From: Heteronotia binoei
Lineage: Eukaryota
Length of the DNA stretch: 64,000 bases
Assembly: GCF_032191835.1 (NCBI RefSeq)
Contig: NC_083223.1
Coordinates: forward strand, 163,370,001 to 163,434,000
Direction: 5' to 3'
The translations under genes were made by a program, and so were the position numbers. The notes below the pieces were generated by a model that ran no database searches, was not told where the DNA came from, and worked only from the letters and a program-made list of their open reading frames with translations. Position 1 is the stretch's first letter. Each line of letters opens with the position of its first letter. Shown here piece by piece: positions 12,281 to 26,930 of this stretch.

Positions 12281-15200
12281 TTCATGGGGTGGTTGCTTTT
12301 GGGCAGTAGCAAGTAGCCAATTATAGGTAAGTCAAGTTTCCTGGTACCAAGTCACCCTGTGGGTACTGGCAGGCCTGACCCAGATGAATCCTCCTCTAAA
12401 GACTACAACAACCTTGAAAAGGGCCCTGCCTTACTGGCATAAACAAAAATTTGAAAGTGGGCAGTACTGTTGTGGCTGCCTAGCAATGGCCACTGAGGGA
12501 ATTCATTTCTTAAGGGTACAGGTATTGCTTGGAGGGGGGGGGGTAACCCCCCAAGTTGTTGGGTTTTTTTAAAGAAAAGATTTCAGGTTTTTCTGCAAAC
12601 CTGGGGTATTTTTCTGGTTCGTAAAAAGATCTGAATTGCCTGTTCATGGCCAGTCAAAAACACCAGTACCTTAGTTATACAACAATAACCACACACCAAA
12701 AAAACCACAGAAACAATTCTGACTTGACTACAAAATACATCCACATGCTACTCTCTTCTCTTTCACATTTACTCTGTAGATAGATGGATAGGATTTCTCA
12801 CATCATCACTATGTACTGATGATAGCCCAAATTAAACTACATATTCCCAAACTTAATGGACCCTTTGGTCAGTACATGTATACATAAAGCTACCAGATAG
12901 TTCTTATATAAGTACTAGATACTGTGAAAATCAAGACTTAGTAAGGGTTCAATTAGCTAATTGTTTTAAAATAATGTTGGGGTGGACAACAAAATTCTTA
13001 ATATGAACAAGCTGAATATTTCAGAAATGTTCCCAGCTCATGTAAACATAAATGAATACTTCATACAAAAAAAGTGCCTCAGATTGTTATAAATATGTGC
13101 GTCATTTTGTGAAATTAATACCTTTTTATAGTCACAAAGCCAAGAATGTCACTGCCAAAGCTGTAAAATATGCTAAAGGGACTCATATTAAGCAGCTCAC
13201 AAAATTATTTTAAATTAGGCAGATCTGACAAAGTAAGTTTTCTGTGCCCTGGTCCCATTTATTATCCACTAGGATGCTATCGTAACATTGGTGACCAAAC
13301 AAAGTTTTGAAAAGTATTGGCCTAGTTTCCCAAAAATACACATACAGCTTTCAGCATTAATACAGTTTGGTAACGGTTAAAAGCAGTTTGGTGGGCGCTA
13401 CAAAAAGATCTACTCTGATAATTATGCTTAGTCTTGCTATACAGTTGCACCTTCTTCTCAATGAGTTATGAAGCCTCAGATGATGATCTCCTCAATGAAC
13501 TGAGAATTCTGCACTTTGGCTGCCCCAAAAATGAGACAGATGTAGCAGCTGCCAAATTACTGGGTTCACTCCTATGAACTCCTTTATAAACAGAATACAT
13601 CTGTCTATAAAGGAACCTACAACAATAACCATGGAGCTCTCTGTTTATATGAAGGTCTCCTACAGGAACATACAAGGTGCAAAACTAAAATTAGCAGCTC
13701 TGCTGTATCCAGATGCTCAGACCCAAGAGCCAGCAAGTCACTGAAGCAGACAGGAAGATAGGCAACCTGTCAGCTAGTCTGATGGTTCCAGTGGCCTTTC
13801 TCAGTAATGGGGCACCTGACTTAACTGACAACTTTGTAAGAGCCAATGGTTGGTGAATGGCTCTTAGGGAATCACCTAATTCCCAGAGGATTCTGGGCTG
13901 AGATGCTAATGTCCTGGTAGCATGATCATAAGGAAAGCAATGCCAGTCATCTGGGTCATAACTGGACCCCCAAAACATAAGTCACAGCCACAGACATGCT
14001 TCATGAAAGGCAAAATATCCCACAGTCTGCTACATCTCAACAACCCTCATTTTGCTACCAATTTTATTGGATTGTATGTTGTAAACCAACCTGAGACTGC
14101 TTGCAGGGTAGGGTGGGATATAAGTCTCAAAAATAAATAAAATCAAATATCAAGCAATATTTTGATACTCTGTGCATCGGTGATGGTCAGTATGTTTTAA
14201 GCCTACCCTAAAACTTAATTCTTCTAATGGCTGATTGTAAATATTAAAACACCTAGCCATTTTAACTCAGATGATTGGCACTGATAAGGAATTACTCTTA
14301 GGCCCTATTCCAGCACACAATAAAGTACAATCACACCTCGTCATTTCAATGTGCTTATACACCGCCTTGTTCTTTGCTGAATTTGCTGTGGCCAAAGCAT
14401 TCAGTAGCACCAAATACTATGAATCAAGGTCATCATCAACAATGATACTGTTAATGAGTCACTGGAGGTTAGCCCTGCAATTAAAGAATCTGACGCTTGA
14501 TTGGAGATGCTTGAACAGTCAGTAGGGCAGCAAACAAAACTGTAAAACAGCGGTCAACATTTCTGACATTATAATAAAGCAAAAGGCCAGCTTAAATCAA
14601 CACCAGAGAAGAAAATACAATAACAATTTACCCTTGTTCTTTTCTTATTACCATGAATGCAGCAATAAAAATTGGGAGTCTCATCAGGAGCCACAGAAAT
14701 GGTTCCTTGTTGAAATATTATAGGTTTAAATACAGGTTATAGGTATAATATCTTTGTAGTTTGTAGTCTAGTCACAGAAACAGCTGTTCTTAGCAGTTTA
14801 AAAATACAGTTTAAAATATTTTGTCCAATACACCTGGAGAAAATGCTGACTAGAATAAGTTGAGTAGGAAATAAAACAAATACTTTTGATATGTTCATAT
14901 CTGCCACAGGATACTGGCATGACAGTATCTACTTTCCCCAAATGTAGGCCAGCACCAGCTATGTGACAAATGTTATTTCATAATTAGGATGGCAACTGTA
15001 AAAAGTAATACAGCTGGCATTCTATTTTAAGAAAAAGCTTACCCTCAAGACACAAGTATCCCAGCATGAAAACATCTTGAGATTTGGTATAAAAAGTATA
15101 TAATGTGGCATTTTCCAAAGTGATGACTTTTTGCTAGCCCAAAATGGGATGCAGCAGACTTGGTGCAAGGGATGGGGACAACTGCAGCTGACAGATTCCA

Positions 15201-16619
15201 TAAGCATGGAATGAAAACCCAAGCAGATGCAGGCTGGTCTGGTAACGTGCATTGCAAGATACTCTGTGTTTCTGCCCTTTGAGTGGAGGACATGGAGGGA
15301 AAGCACAAGGAGGGACTGAACCAATGAAAGGCAAGGACTAAGTATTATCAGCCTCCACTGCTTCCTTTTCAAATACAAATTCAAATAAGCATTAGCAACA
15401 GTATGTTTTTATATAAACCTGTGGTTGAAATAATATTTGTGAAAGTATGAAGCATCCTGATGGTATGTCTAACCACTAAGCTAGTTGCATCTTCCCTCAC
15501 TGTTGGTGACTCTACTTGACCTTTTCCTGCCCTGTTGCCCAAGAAATATTTAACTGGCAATGCCATGGTTAAGGCCTTTTACCTGTGAAGCCAGTGTTCA
15601 ACTACTGTGCCATGTCGCCTGTCCTGTTCAGTGCATTGTTTTATTTCATTATTTAGTTAATTCAAAATGTTTAGACTGTAATCTGACTTAAAAGCACTTT
15701 CCTGGGAGTAAGCAATGCTGAATAAAAAGAGACTTGCTTCTGAGTAGACCTGCCTTTAAAAACTATCCTACCACCTTAGAACAGTGCCCAGTGTAGCTAA
15801 CTATGATAACATAAGAAGTGGGACATCCATTAACATGATTCTTATATTGCCCTACTGACCTCTGCTTGAAAGTATTGGTAGCTTTGATCAGTCCTCTCAT
15901 CTAATTAGGTGTTTATATATTTAAAAGCTAGTTTAGCTAGGCATTTTCTGTTGCAGTGCATGTAATGGCTACCCTACAAGGGTTGATGACAAATATCAGC
16001 TCTAAATCCCTTGAAATTTGGGAAAAGGCTACCCCAGATTTTTAAGGCAATTATTCTTGATCTGATTGTTATCTCTGAAAGCTTAATTTAAGCTGCAAAC
16101 ACTCCAGGGTTTCTACATTTCTCTTTTAGTGGCTTGTCAAGTATATGTGTTAGAAAAGCAATGTGTACCAGTAACACAAAATAGTTCAGTTCTACTGGGA
16201 GCTAAAAGCTTCAAAGGGCCTGCCTAAATTCAGCATCAATAAAATATCATTCTGCACACCAGAAGGAAGGCTTAGATCTTCTTTCATACCCCGAATACTA
16301 TGTGCATCATTCAATATGCATCTGCGGATGTAGCAATAACTGCTCCAATAGAATTTACAGATGGCATAGTAACTTCTGCTCAGGCAAAGCTGAAAACTAC
16401 AGGGGATGTTCCCTACACCAGGGATGCCAGAGGCAGCCTGAAAAATATTGTTATCTGATCTCCAGCAGTGGTTTTACCAAATTTCAGTCACTGTAAGAAG
16501 AAATTCTGCCCACAGATTTACTTTAAGGAAACCAAAATTGTTGTTACAAGAGATATATTATATAATTTAATGTTACTGCTCTTGTCAGAGTTTGTAGCCA
16601 ATATTTATTTAGTACATTT

Positions 16620-16812
16620 TTATTCCTGTTCCTTTGGGCAGCTCAAGGCAACATTCTTAGTTCTACCCTCCTTTTTAATCTCACATGGAGATGAGTTAAG
16701 ATTTGAGAGAGAAACTGGTCCAAAGTCACCCAGTGAGCATCATGGCAAATAAGGATTTTAATCAATATCTCCTTAGTCTTAGTCCAGCATTCTAAGCATT
16801 GTGCAACACTGG
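16620..16812 (-). mobile_element. MIR-like SINE
   Basis: gagagaaactggtccaaagtcacccagtgagcatcatggc...ctaagcattgtgcaacactgg. Confidence 0.6.
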
Positions 16813-16989
16813 GCCAGTGAGCAATGGCCACAGCCCTTACTGAATGCATATAAAGTCTTTTGTAGTGCCAGCTTAACCATAGAGTCTAACCATGCATGGA
16901 GAGTTTGATTCAATGGCAGAACACACTTCGCCGTCTTGGAACACTCTTTGGAATACAGCTTAGTTCTCAGGGATGCAGAGGCTGGTCAC

Positions 16990-17955
16990 CTCTGTACTAA
17001 TGCATGCAAATTAACTTTGGCACTTTTCAATATTTTTATCAATGATCTGAATAAGGATGTGGAGGGGCTACTCATTAAATTTACAGATGACCCCAAACTG
17101 AGAAGAGCAGCAAACACACCAGAAGATAGAGATAGAATTCAATGAGATCTGAACATGCTGGAAAAGTGAGTGGATGTGAACAAGATGGAATTTAACAAGG
17201 ATAAGCGACAAATTCTATATCTGGGTAACAAAAATGAGCAACACACATACTGGATGGGGGATACACTTCTGGGTAGCAGTGTGAGTGTACAAGATCTTGG
17301 GGTATGGGTGGACCCTATGTTAAATATGAGCAGCCAGAGTGATGCAGCAACAGAGAAGGCTAATGTGATCTTTGGGGTATATCAACATAGGCATAACATC
17401 CAAATCACAAGATGTCATAGTTCCACTGTACACTGCATTGGTCACGCTGGGGTATTGTGTGCAGTTCTGGAGGCCTTACTTCAAAAAGGATGTGGATAGA
17501 ATGGAGTGGGTACAGAGGAGAGCAATGAGAATGATCAGGGGCCTGGAGATCAAGCCCCATGAGGAAATGCTGAGGGGCTTGGGAATGCTCAGTCAGGAGG
17601 AGAGAAGGTTGAGGGGGAGACATGTTTGCTCTCTTTAAGTATTTGAAGGGCTATTGCTTAGCAGAAGGCAGGGAGCTGTTCCTGTTGGCAACACAGGATA
17701 GGACTTGCAATAGTGGGTTTAAATTAAGGGCAGAGAAGTACTGGCTGGCTATTAGGAAAATCTTTTTGCAGTAAGAGTTATTCAGCAATGGAATCAGCTA
17801 CCTAGGAAGGTGGTGAGCTCCCCCTCACTGGCAGTCTTTATGCAGTGGCTGGACAAACACTTGTCAGGAATGCTCTAGAGCGGGCTGATCCTGAATTAAG
17901 CAGGGTGTTGGATTAGATGGCCTGTATGGCCCCTTCCAACTCTTTGATTCTATGA
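16990..17955 (+). mobile_element. CR1 LINE 3' fragment
   Basis: LFNIFINDL...LIKFTDD (FADD motif), CVQFWRP, and the CR1 3' end ggccccttccaactctttgattctatga. Confidence 0.9.
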
Positions 17956-20900
17956 ATTTGATACAAACTACACAAGTTCCCTGATCTACTGTGCAGGTGA
18001 GAAAATAGCCAATAAACCAGCAGGTTACTATGAATACAGATGAGGCAAAAGTGAAACAGCAGGAACATAGTTAATGTTTGTGTCATAGATACTGAGCAAT
18101 GACTGTCAGGAAGCACCAATTGTATTGATAGCAAAGCTTATCTGCCAATTTAGCGCTAAACTAGACTTGATGGGAATAGTAACAACTCTCTATATCCAGA
18201 TCTGCCTAATCACATTTAGTGAGGAGGATAGATGTTTAACTGTAAAAACAAAAATCAATGAGGAATCTAGTACCTCTCTGCAAGGGTTACCTCTGAAAAA
18301 CTTCTGTCTGCAGCCAGTTTCTAAGAACTAATTCTGCTGGGAGAAAAGTTACATGTGGGGAGGGCTGCATGGACATAAGAATTTTGTATTCCTTACCTGT
18401 GAGCCACTTTTCTTGCTATTGAAATCAGACTCTAAAATCCTCTTCCTGTGTGAGAAATTCCACATATATAAGTGCAGAGCTGTCTCTGGTACAGCTATTT
18501 TGCCCCACAGTATCCAAGGAGCTTGAAAGGAAGCAGTAGCTATATTCCATACAAGTGGTTCTATTTCATAAAGATCCTATCTACAATATCTTCCAGGTTA
18601 CAACTACCACTGAACCAGATCGTCAATATATGTATGTATGCATTGATTGATTGTGTTGAATAAAATCACTGGAAAAGACAAAGAAGGTTGAATAGCCATC
18701 TTTTGTAGTACTTGGGTCCTTAGAAAAAAAATAGTTTTTTATCCTAAGGCATCATGGATTAAATATAGCTTATTAAAATCTCTTTAGTAAGGACAGTGGC
18801 TTCATTTTAGGTCAGAATGCAGTTTGCAGAAACTGTATTTCTGCCTGAATAATATCAAATTGGCAATGAGATCCTTCATAAACCACACTTAGTAGTCAAC
18901 GTGTGATAGCTGACAGATTTGCTCATGCAACACATTAACACCATTTTTTGTCTCCTTGATTAACCTTGACATAACTTCCTATCCCTTTCTCTGCAAACCA
19001 GTTTCAGGTGGAAGCAAGAAATTGGATAGCCTTGTATGTCAATCAAACCCCTCGCTTGCAATGTTATTACTTCAGCCAATCTCATGCTACATAATATGTG
19101 CATTGGCTCCTACATTCTCACATTATTATGTTCCAGACAGAGATATTATACCTTCATCTCATCATATGAATAGCAATATCATTTGGTCCTTGTCAGAAAA
19201 CAATATGCTTTCAAAGTATAATCAGCAGGCTTTATTTGGCTATTTACTCCTTAGATACCTTCTAGTACCACATATATTGAAACAGATCATGAGGCATTTT
19301 TAAGGGAACCGATACTGCTTCTGTCTAGTTCTGCAGGTGTCACATAGCAACTTTAGTGAGAACTGCAAAGATATATCACAACACCAGCACTAAGTATGAA
19401 TCACTGGTAATATTACACAGAAATCTAAGAAATTAACTCCATAATTATGCTCCCTAATACACATCAGGCACTTCTGAAATCTTTCTGCCAAAACAAAAAC
19501 CTTCATTGGGAGGGGGGGGGGGAATCTCCAACATCTGACTTTAATGCTATGAAGCACAATGGAAATTTTCTTTTGAAATCATTTGCTCCCATGCCCTACT
19601 TATTGCATTTGTTATGTTAAATAACATCATAAAATCATAACTCTGGTGTGTGTTTAGTATATTAAAATATTATTTGCAAGTTCACAAGTAGACTAAGCTG
19701 TATATTATCTCTCTTTGCATAATACTTGCAAAACAATAAATTTTCATGAATATGTTTAATTATAAATATAGTCACCACTGTCAAGTATAAGCATTTATTA
19801 GGCTAAATTGGTTTCCATTGATGTTTTCCACCTACAATATGAATACACTTAAGAAATTAGTATTAGGCACTTGCATACTAAGGGAAATGGAAATTGCTGA
19901 TCCATCGTTACTAATCCACTATAACCAATGATTTTGAAGACATTACTTTGGGAATGTGTTTGGGTTGGTACACAAACCATATTAAAGCATAGGTGCAATA
20001 TTTTGCAACACTTACTTATGAAACTACAAACCACAGTGATCATGCAGCCCAGCCTAAAGCAACATTTTGGAAATTCCACGTGCAGTTTGTTCTTTGCTAC
20101 CACTAGTCTTTTACTTTTCATGTCTAGTCTTTTTATAAAATAATAACATGATTACAGATGTTTTAATTAATATTGAACATGTTCTATAGCCACATGTTTG
20201 TAATGATTACAATTTCAAAACCTCCAACATGACTATAATAAATGTAAGACTATTATATTAAATGCTTTTAATTCAACTAGAATAATATGGAACAAATATT
20301 TTTCAAAATCACTGAAATTCTATATCCAAAAAGTCTAAACAAGAATTTCCAAATCAAAGACAAAGATTTTTACAGCCCAAATCCACTAAAACTCCCTATG
20401 CAACATCTCTACTCAAAATGCATCATATAAATAACATTAATCACTGATACAGAATGTTTGCTTCATGACAGCATTACTCTTAAATCACACTGCTAGAAAA
20501 TCTATTGGTAGATTAAACGCACAATCCTGTCAGGACACTTCAAGTCAAAATGAATAGGAGATGCAGTAGCTTTGATCTTGTAGAAATTCCTCTCATTTCA
20601 AATGGGAATATTAAGGGAAATGGCGCAATAGTAACACCTGTTTTTCCTCCAGGAAGTACAAAGGAAAAGGACTAATTTCAAATACATAGTCTTCAATCGG
20701 ACCAGAATTAAATACTTTTTCTGTTAATAATATCCCATGTTTAGTTCAAACACTTTTCATATCTTTGGTCAGTTTTAAATGGAAGGCACAGACACATACA
20801 GTGATAATTCCAAAAGTTCTCCCTATATATATGTTTGTGTGTGTGCATGCACATACAGGAACATGAGCATGCACCAGAGGGGGAAAAATCAATAATCCTA

Positions 20901-21157
20901 TTTTCACATACCAATTTTGCTTTCAGTGTTATGACAACAGATTGCTATAATTTCATATCCAAAACAGATGAAAAGTGACTTTGATCTCAAAGTTCTTTCC
21001 CCCCTTCCATTATCTGCAACAGTGGAATAAACTATGCAGGAAAAGTTTAAGCAGTATAAAAGGACTGATAAGTAGTGATACACAATAATGCTGCCCTGGA
21101 GCATTATAAAAACCATTTCATTGGCAAAGACTGTCCAAGTATTTGGAAATTCCCTAC

Positions 21158-21235
21158 CTTTCTGTACACCAACATGTTTGGAGATTCATCAACCACCCCA
21201 TTGCTGCTCTGCCCATAATTATTTCCTTGTGCCAT
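21158..21235 (-). CDS. RGS7: Regulator of G-protein signaling 7, first coding segment (exon 21158-21284)
   Basis: Translates MAQGNNYGQSSNGVVDESPNMLVYRK, nearly identical to the human RGS7 N-terminus MAQGNNYGQTSNGVADESPNMLVYRK. Acceptor tttacag|G at 21284 and donor AAG|gtaggg at 21157, phase 0. Confidence 0.96.
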
Positions 21236-22099
21236 GTCTCAGTGGTTTGATTCCTTGACAAATCTTTTGTAGAGCAATTTGCCCCTGTAAACAAAACAAA
21301 CAGAAAAAGTTACCTCAGCCAAGACTAAGATTTTGCTGGTCTTCTTCCCACATGGATAATTAAGGGCTTTGACTTTTTCTCATAGCCATTTTCACTAGTC
21401 CCTGTGAAAATCCACACACGCAAACACACACCCAATGTGGAGCACTGGGACAAAGTACTAGGTGCCCCTTTATATTTACTCATCTTCTCCCTGCCTATAT
21501 GTCAGGGAATACACTTCGCTAACCTAGTTTAGAATTAACTGACTTGCCATGTGAAAGACTTCAACAGGATGCTAAAGAGCATAAGCATGAAGCAGTTTTT
21601 TACTGACCATTCTTGTTTCCATACTCTGGAAAAACTTGGCCACTGGGAAACCTTTTGCTCCAAGTGCCAGCCTTGAAAGGGCGGGGTGACCACACTCTCT
21701 CATCACTGTTTGCTGACAGGTTAAGGTACTTCTGACCCTCATTAAACAAGTAAGCCCAAACAGGGTTCCTTCTGCAACAGACAGGTGATCTGCATAGCGT
21801 AAATTATAGCCTCATTTTTCTCTGCCTGGGTCTTTCTAAATAACCTTGCTTTGAATCCCTCACTTTACTCCTCCGGAATTAAACAGTTGCTTCACAAACG
21901 CAAGTAACAGCGCATGCTGTGCCTCACTCTTGGCATGAAGGTGGAAGAATCAGATCTAACTAAAGGCGGCCCTGGCCCCTGCAGGGAATCGAGACGTCTG
22001 CCGAAGCCCAAACATTTTTTTAAAGATATATCTCGATATCCCGTCCTTGCCGCAACAGCTCTTCCATCCAGCGCTTCTCATTTCTCTCCCTGGTTTCCG

Positions 22100-22890
22100 C
22101 AGCTCTCGAAGCGTGCGTTAGGTCTGTCTGCCTGTCTTTCCACAGCAAATGGCAGGCGGGATTGTTTTGCCCTGCAGTGAAAGCAGACTCTGCCTGTGAT
22201 TTCAGCACCGCGGACAGCGCCACGAGCGCCACCAGCCATCCCCTTCCCAGCCCCGGCTGGGCTCCTTGGCAAGCTTCACACAGAGATGCAGCCGGAGCGA
22301 ACCGGGAGCGGCGAGGGCAACATTCTCTCCACTTCCCGCCGTCCTGTATTTACCTCCCGGGCCAAGGTCACTCACTACACAGCGGCAGCTTTCTTCCTCC
22401 TTTCTGCCTGGCCCCTGGAGCGGACTCTGTCAGCCGGCAGCAGACGGCAGGAAGCGAGGCTCGTTCATCACATAAACAATGCGGAAAGGGCTCTTTTCCG
22501 ACGCCACTGCTCCTCCTGAGCTCGCGACTCCCCCAAAGCTTTGCAGAAGCGGAGGCAGCAGCACCTCCCTCCCTGCCTGGAATGAAGCGAGGCCGACTGT
22601 CACGTGGGGAAAGGGAACGTCAAAGGTGCCGCCGCCGCCCCAACACAAGCAACTGCAAACGTTCTCTTCTTGGCGACGGCGGCGACTCACTCGTCTCACC
22701 AGCCGAAAACAAGTCAAAGAAACTGCGTCCGCCAACGGTTTTCGGCAGCAGCCTTTGACGGTGACTTGGGCAGGATGGATCCAGGCTCCGAAAAAGGCAG
22801 AGGAAATGTAGAATTGCCTCCGCCTGGAAGCACGCCACTCTGCAAATGAGCTGCACTGGGGGAAATGAGGTCAATTTGCATAAATGGCTT
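22100..22890 (-). promoter_or_regulatory. RGS7: CpG-rich RGS7 promoter and probable non-coding exon 1
   Basis: High GC and CpG content. Candidate minus-strand donors gag|gtaaat (22353) and gta|gtgagt (22375). An atttgcat octamer lies near 22875. Confidence 0.7.
22201..22221 (+). promoter_or_regulatory. RE1/NRSE (REST binding site)
   Basis: ttcagcaccgcggacagcgcc versus consensus TTCAGCACCACGGACAGCGCC (one mismatch), about 0.9 kb from the RGS7 coding exon. Confidence 0.9.
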
Positions 22891-23509
22891 ATGTTGTAGC
22901 TGTACTTAACTTCTGAAACCCAAGGCTGACTGGAAGCTGCACGGATGCCTTCTGTTCAGAAATGCCTGCTGATGGCAGGTGTCTTGTCTCACTGGTGAAG
23001 AACAGGCATTCTGTACATGCACAGAGGCACTCCTTTCTTTTCTTATTATTGCAACCTTGCAACAGTATAGACCTTAGGACACACACACACACACAAAGAA
23101 GTCTCCTATTATGCGCTTTAGTCTGCAATCCTAAAAACACTTTCTTAGGAGAAACCCCCTTCCAATACAATGGAATTTACCTGTTTATAACTGCTTTATT
23201 AGTCTGCAAAATAGGAGGATCTTTGCAAAGTACAAAACTTATTGCATACAAAGGAATTAGGTCAGGGATGAAATCAGTCAATTTCTGTACATCAATGGCC
23301 AGATTTAGAAACTGGCAGATGTTGTATTTTTTAAAAAAAAAAATTAAATCTTTCCTTTCTTTATGGATCAATGCAGCCTATAAATCACAATTGAAGACAT
23401 ACACAAATTTTTAAAAAACCTTTTAATATCTATTTATTTAGAGCTCCTTTCTCTGCAAATAACCCCCCCCCCCCACACACACACACCCTAAAAAAATTCC
23501 TGCAGTCCA

Positions 23510-23635
23510 AGCCAGCTAGAGTGCTGGGCTAGGATCTCAGAGACCAGTGATCTAGTTCCCACTGATGCCATGGAAGCTCACTGAGTGATCTTGGGCCAGT
23601 CATTCTGCCAGCCTAACCTACCTCCCTGGCGAAAG
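23510..23635 (+). mobile_element. MIR-like SINE fragment
   Basis: gtgctgggctagg...ctcactgagtgatcttgggccagtca...cagcctaacctacctc. Confidence 0.6.
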
Positions 23636-23949
23636 CTATGTTTGAATAAAAGGCAGGAGATGGTTCTTGCCAGGGGGCTACTTGAAGTGTAACAACAGTC
23701 AATCAGTGGTAGCCCAAGGATGGTAGCTTGTGCATGGGTTCATATGGGAATAAACAGTCCTTTTGTTATGTAGGTCCTGCAAAGGGTTAGGGCCCAGCAA
23801 TCAAAAACTAACTGGTAGCAAATGCAGCTGTTTTAGAATAGGCAATTGGCTAGCCATTGACAGTAATTAAATTGCCATATTTTGATCTAGGTTGTCTTCC
23901 AGATGGTCCTCAAGGACAGTCCAACAAAGGGCACCAACAAAGAGTGTGT

Positions 23950-24230
23950 TACAGAAATTCATACCATGGAGTTACGAAAGCATGGGTTAGCACTGTGGCT
24001 GAGTGTAAGAAAGGAGAGAATTGACAAACTAAATGTAGTTGATAGAAGATAGCCTTGGCCACTGTACCAGCTGGGTCCAGAAGCACCTCCAAGCTCTGAA
24101 CCTGTTCTGCAAATACCAGCTCCTCTCCATCCATACTGCATGTGTTGAGTCCAGTCCAGTTCAGTCCATGTGTCCAGCATGTGAACGAGCACTTGTTCAG
24201 AGTTGAGATTAATGCATCATACTTGGGACA
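23950..24230 (-). mobile_element. Old L2 fragment
   Basis: Minus strand reads QVQSLEVLLDP...AKAIFYQLHLVCQFSPFL, homologous to L2 ORF2. Confidence 0.65.
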
Positions 24231-25099
24231 GGGACTGGTGGCCATAAGAAGGGAATGAAAGCTGTGCAGAATGAAAACCACCAGAATCACCATTCAGCCT
24301 TTCTCATTTTTCTGAGGTTTATGCAGAAACTGCATATATATTTAAACTTTGTTCTGCAGCTACAAAGGCTAGAAACCTCTTTTCCCCAAATGAAAGAATA
24401 TCATGCAGGTACAGAAGAAACTCCAGATTTTTATACTAGAAAACACTGCTGAAGATCTGATCTCTTACTCTGCATCCATAATGTTTTAGATATGTCCATC
24501 TTTGCCTCCAGATTGTCAGTCACAAGAACATAACCTTTTGTTATGTAACAGTTGTTGTGGTGGTGAAATCACAAGTTCATTTCCCTGGCACTATTTTTAT
24601 GTGATGTCCAACTAGGATTTGTTGAGTGGGTACATACACTTCCACCTAGCTCACAGATCCAGATGTGCTGATTGGTAGTCAGTATGAGGACTGGATCATC
24701 AGGTCATCAGAACTGGATCCAAGTTCAAATGCCCTTTTCCAACAACCAACAAGTATTTATCGTCTGGTCTAAAACTCTACATAACTCCTCATGCTCCAGG
24801 ATTATGCCCCCCGTTAAGTCTCTCCATTCTCATACCCCAATACATCTCTCCTCATGATCTTCGCTCCTTAGTTATCTAAAGGTCTCCTGTTCCTCTAAAC
24901 AATGCCTCTTATACTTGGAATTACCTCCTAGAAATGTGTGCAATATCACCTTTTTATTTCCTCTTAAGAAGAAGATATAGGATTTATATCCCACCCTATA
25001 CTCTGAATCTCAGAGTGGGCAAGATATGTCTAGCTGAACTAGCTATAGGCAAGAACAGATTTCTGAGCCATGGCCATAAGCCTACCATATAATTTGCTT

Positions 25100-25600
25100 T
25101 ATACGGAGCTGTCACTGAGAAGTGTTTGGGAACTTCTCTAGCAGGATGTTGACTGGAGTCAGTTGTAGGGACTATATTACTCCAGTCTTGGTTCAGCTAC
25201 ACTGGCTCCCAATTTTTTGTTTCTGGGCACAATTCAAGATGCTGCTCTTGACCTTCAAAGCCTTGTATGATTTGAGACCAATATACCTGAAGAACCACCT
25301 ACTCCCTTAAGAACCTGCCCAGCCACTACATTCAATTTTGGAGGTCCTCATTCAGGTGCCCCTCTTTCTGAGATGCAGGAAGCATCCCAGGAGTGGGCCT
25401 TTTCAGTCATAGCACCAAAGTTCTGGAACTCTCTCCCCAGGGAGAGTCATCTGTTTCCTTATGGTGCCATCCTACACTAGAGGGGTTTTTTTTTGTTTCA
25501 TTGGGTGTTCCCTCAGTGATCCATCCATCCTGACCAATGTTTTAATTACTGCTTTTATGTCTTTGTATGTATTTTAACACAATTTTAATTGTTTTAATGA
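25100..25600 (+). mobile_element. Old L2 3' fragment
   Basis: ITPVLVQLHWLPI...QFKMLLLTFKAL. Confidence 0.7.
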
Positions 25601-26559
25601 TGTGTAATGACAAATTACCCTATGATTGTTACTTTTTAATCTGTAATATCTGCTGTGAATATATACTTTACATGTTTTGATTGTTTGACCACCCATTATA
25701 TTTTAGAATTATTCTACAAAAAAAGGGGTCTTTTTGAATTAATTTTGGTTTATTAACATTGTTTATGCTTTGATGGTCTTTCCTAATGGTTCTTTTGTTG
25801 TCTATCCTGTTAAAGCTTGAGCCATATGTTTAAGGAGCCATATCCCTTATGGTGTCATTGCCTTTTTCCGAATCCAAGTAAGACAAGAAAGCAAGCAAGA
25901 TCCATGCTGTGTCAGAGGGCATGGAGCTTGGCATCTGTTAACCCAAGCACTATAGGGATGATAAGGAAGATGCAAACAGACCTGAGATTTTCAGTGTGCA
26001 TCCCAAACATCCCTTGGGCCATCCAGCAGCTCTATGAAGCATTTTGATCTGCCCAGGTCTCCACCACACTGTATGCCCAGGATCCTTCTGTCTCTCTTGG
26101 GTGATATCAAATACAAATAGAAGCTGTTACCAACAGAGTGGACAATTGGCGATGTGTGTCACTTTTGTATGAATGGATACAACCAAGGTAGCAAAACCTG
26201 GCTTGGTTTCCAGAAATGTAAGATGTCAGAAGACAGCTGACTTTTGTTAGTGCAACATAATTATCCTAATATCTGCAGCCATCTTCCAAGCAGCTCAGTC
26301 AGTAATCTGGATCAGAGAATCCCAATTCATCACATAAACAAGCCCTGAACAGGAGATGAATATGTTATCTTTAACCAGACCGATCGTTTCAACAAACATC
26401 TCACTCACATTTGCTAAGGGATAACTAATCTGTGTTGTGATCTTGAATAGATGTCCTTGCACTATACTTCGCAACTATAAATATTTATATAGATGCACTG
26501 TCTCATAAGCAGGTACCTACTAAAGTCAGGAAATAGCTAATATCAAGACAATGGAATCT

Positions 26560-26930
26560 TTATTTTAAAATTTCTAGGCTGCCTTCCCACCCAAATAGGG
26601 TCTCCCAGATGACAAACATCAGAACATCAAAATAGCATTTTTAAAAAGGTACATATATTTAAACAATTCTGTAAAAAAACATATAGCAACAAACAGACAA
26701 ATGCAATGCAACAAGGGAGAAGAGCCAACAACAGTCAGTGGGGGAACACCAAACCAAACAAGAAAGTCTTCAGCCACTACTGGTAGACAATGATAGAAGG
26801 CAGACTAATCTCCCTGTGAAGGGTGTTCCAAAGTTTCAGTGCCACGACTGAGAAGGCCCTTTCTTGAATTGCCACCCACCTAGCCTAAGGTGGCAGGGGC
26901 ACTCCAAACTAAGGCCACCAAAAATACATG
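26560..26930 (-). mobile_element. Old L2 3' fragment
   Basis: ttttctaggctgccttccc tail and gccacgactgagaaggcccttt, which matches the L2 RAFSV motif on the minus strand. Confidence 0.55.

Noticed and set aside
1-21157. Further RGS7 coding exons (MEDVIARMQDEKNG...)
   Set aside because: Not found by eye. The intron after the first coding exon is very long in mammals, so the next exon probably lies outside the window.
21914-22874. Many overlapping ORFs of 60-200 aa
   Set aside because: Expected from stop-codon scarcity in a GC-rich promoter. No recognisable protein.
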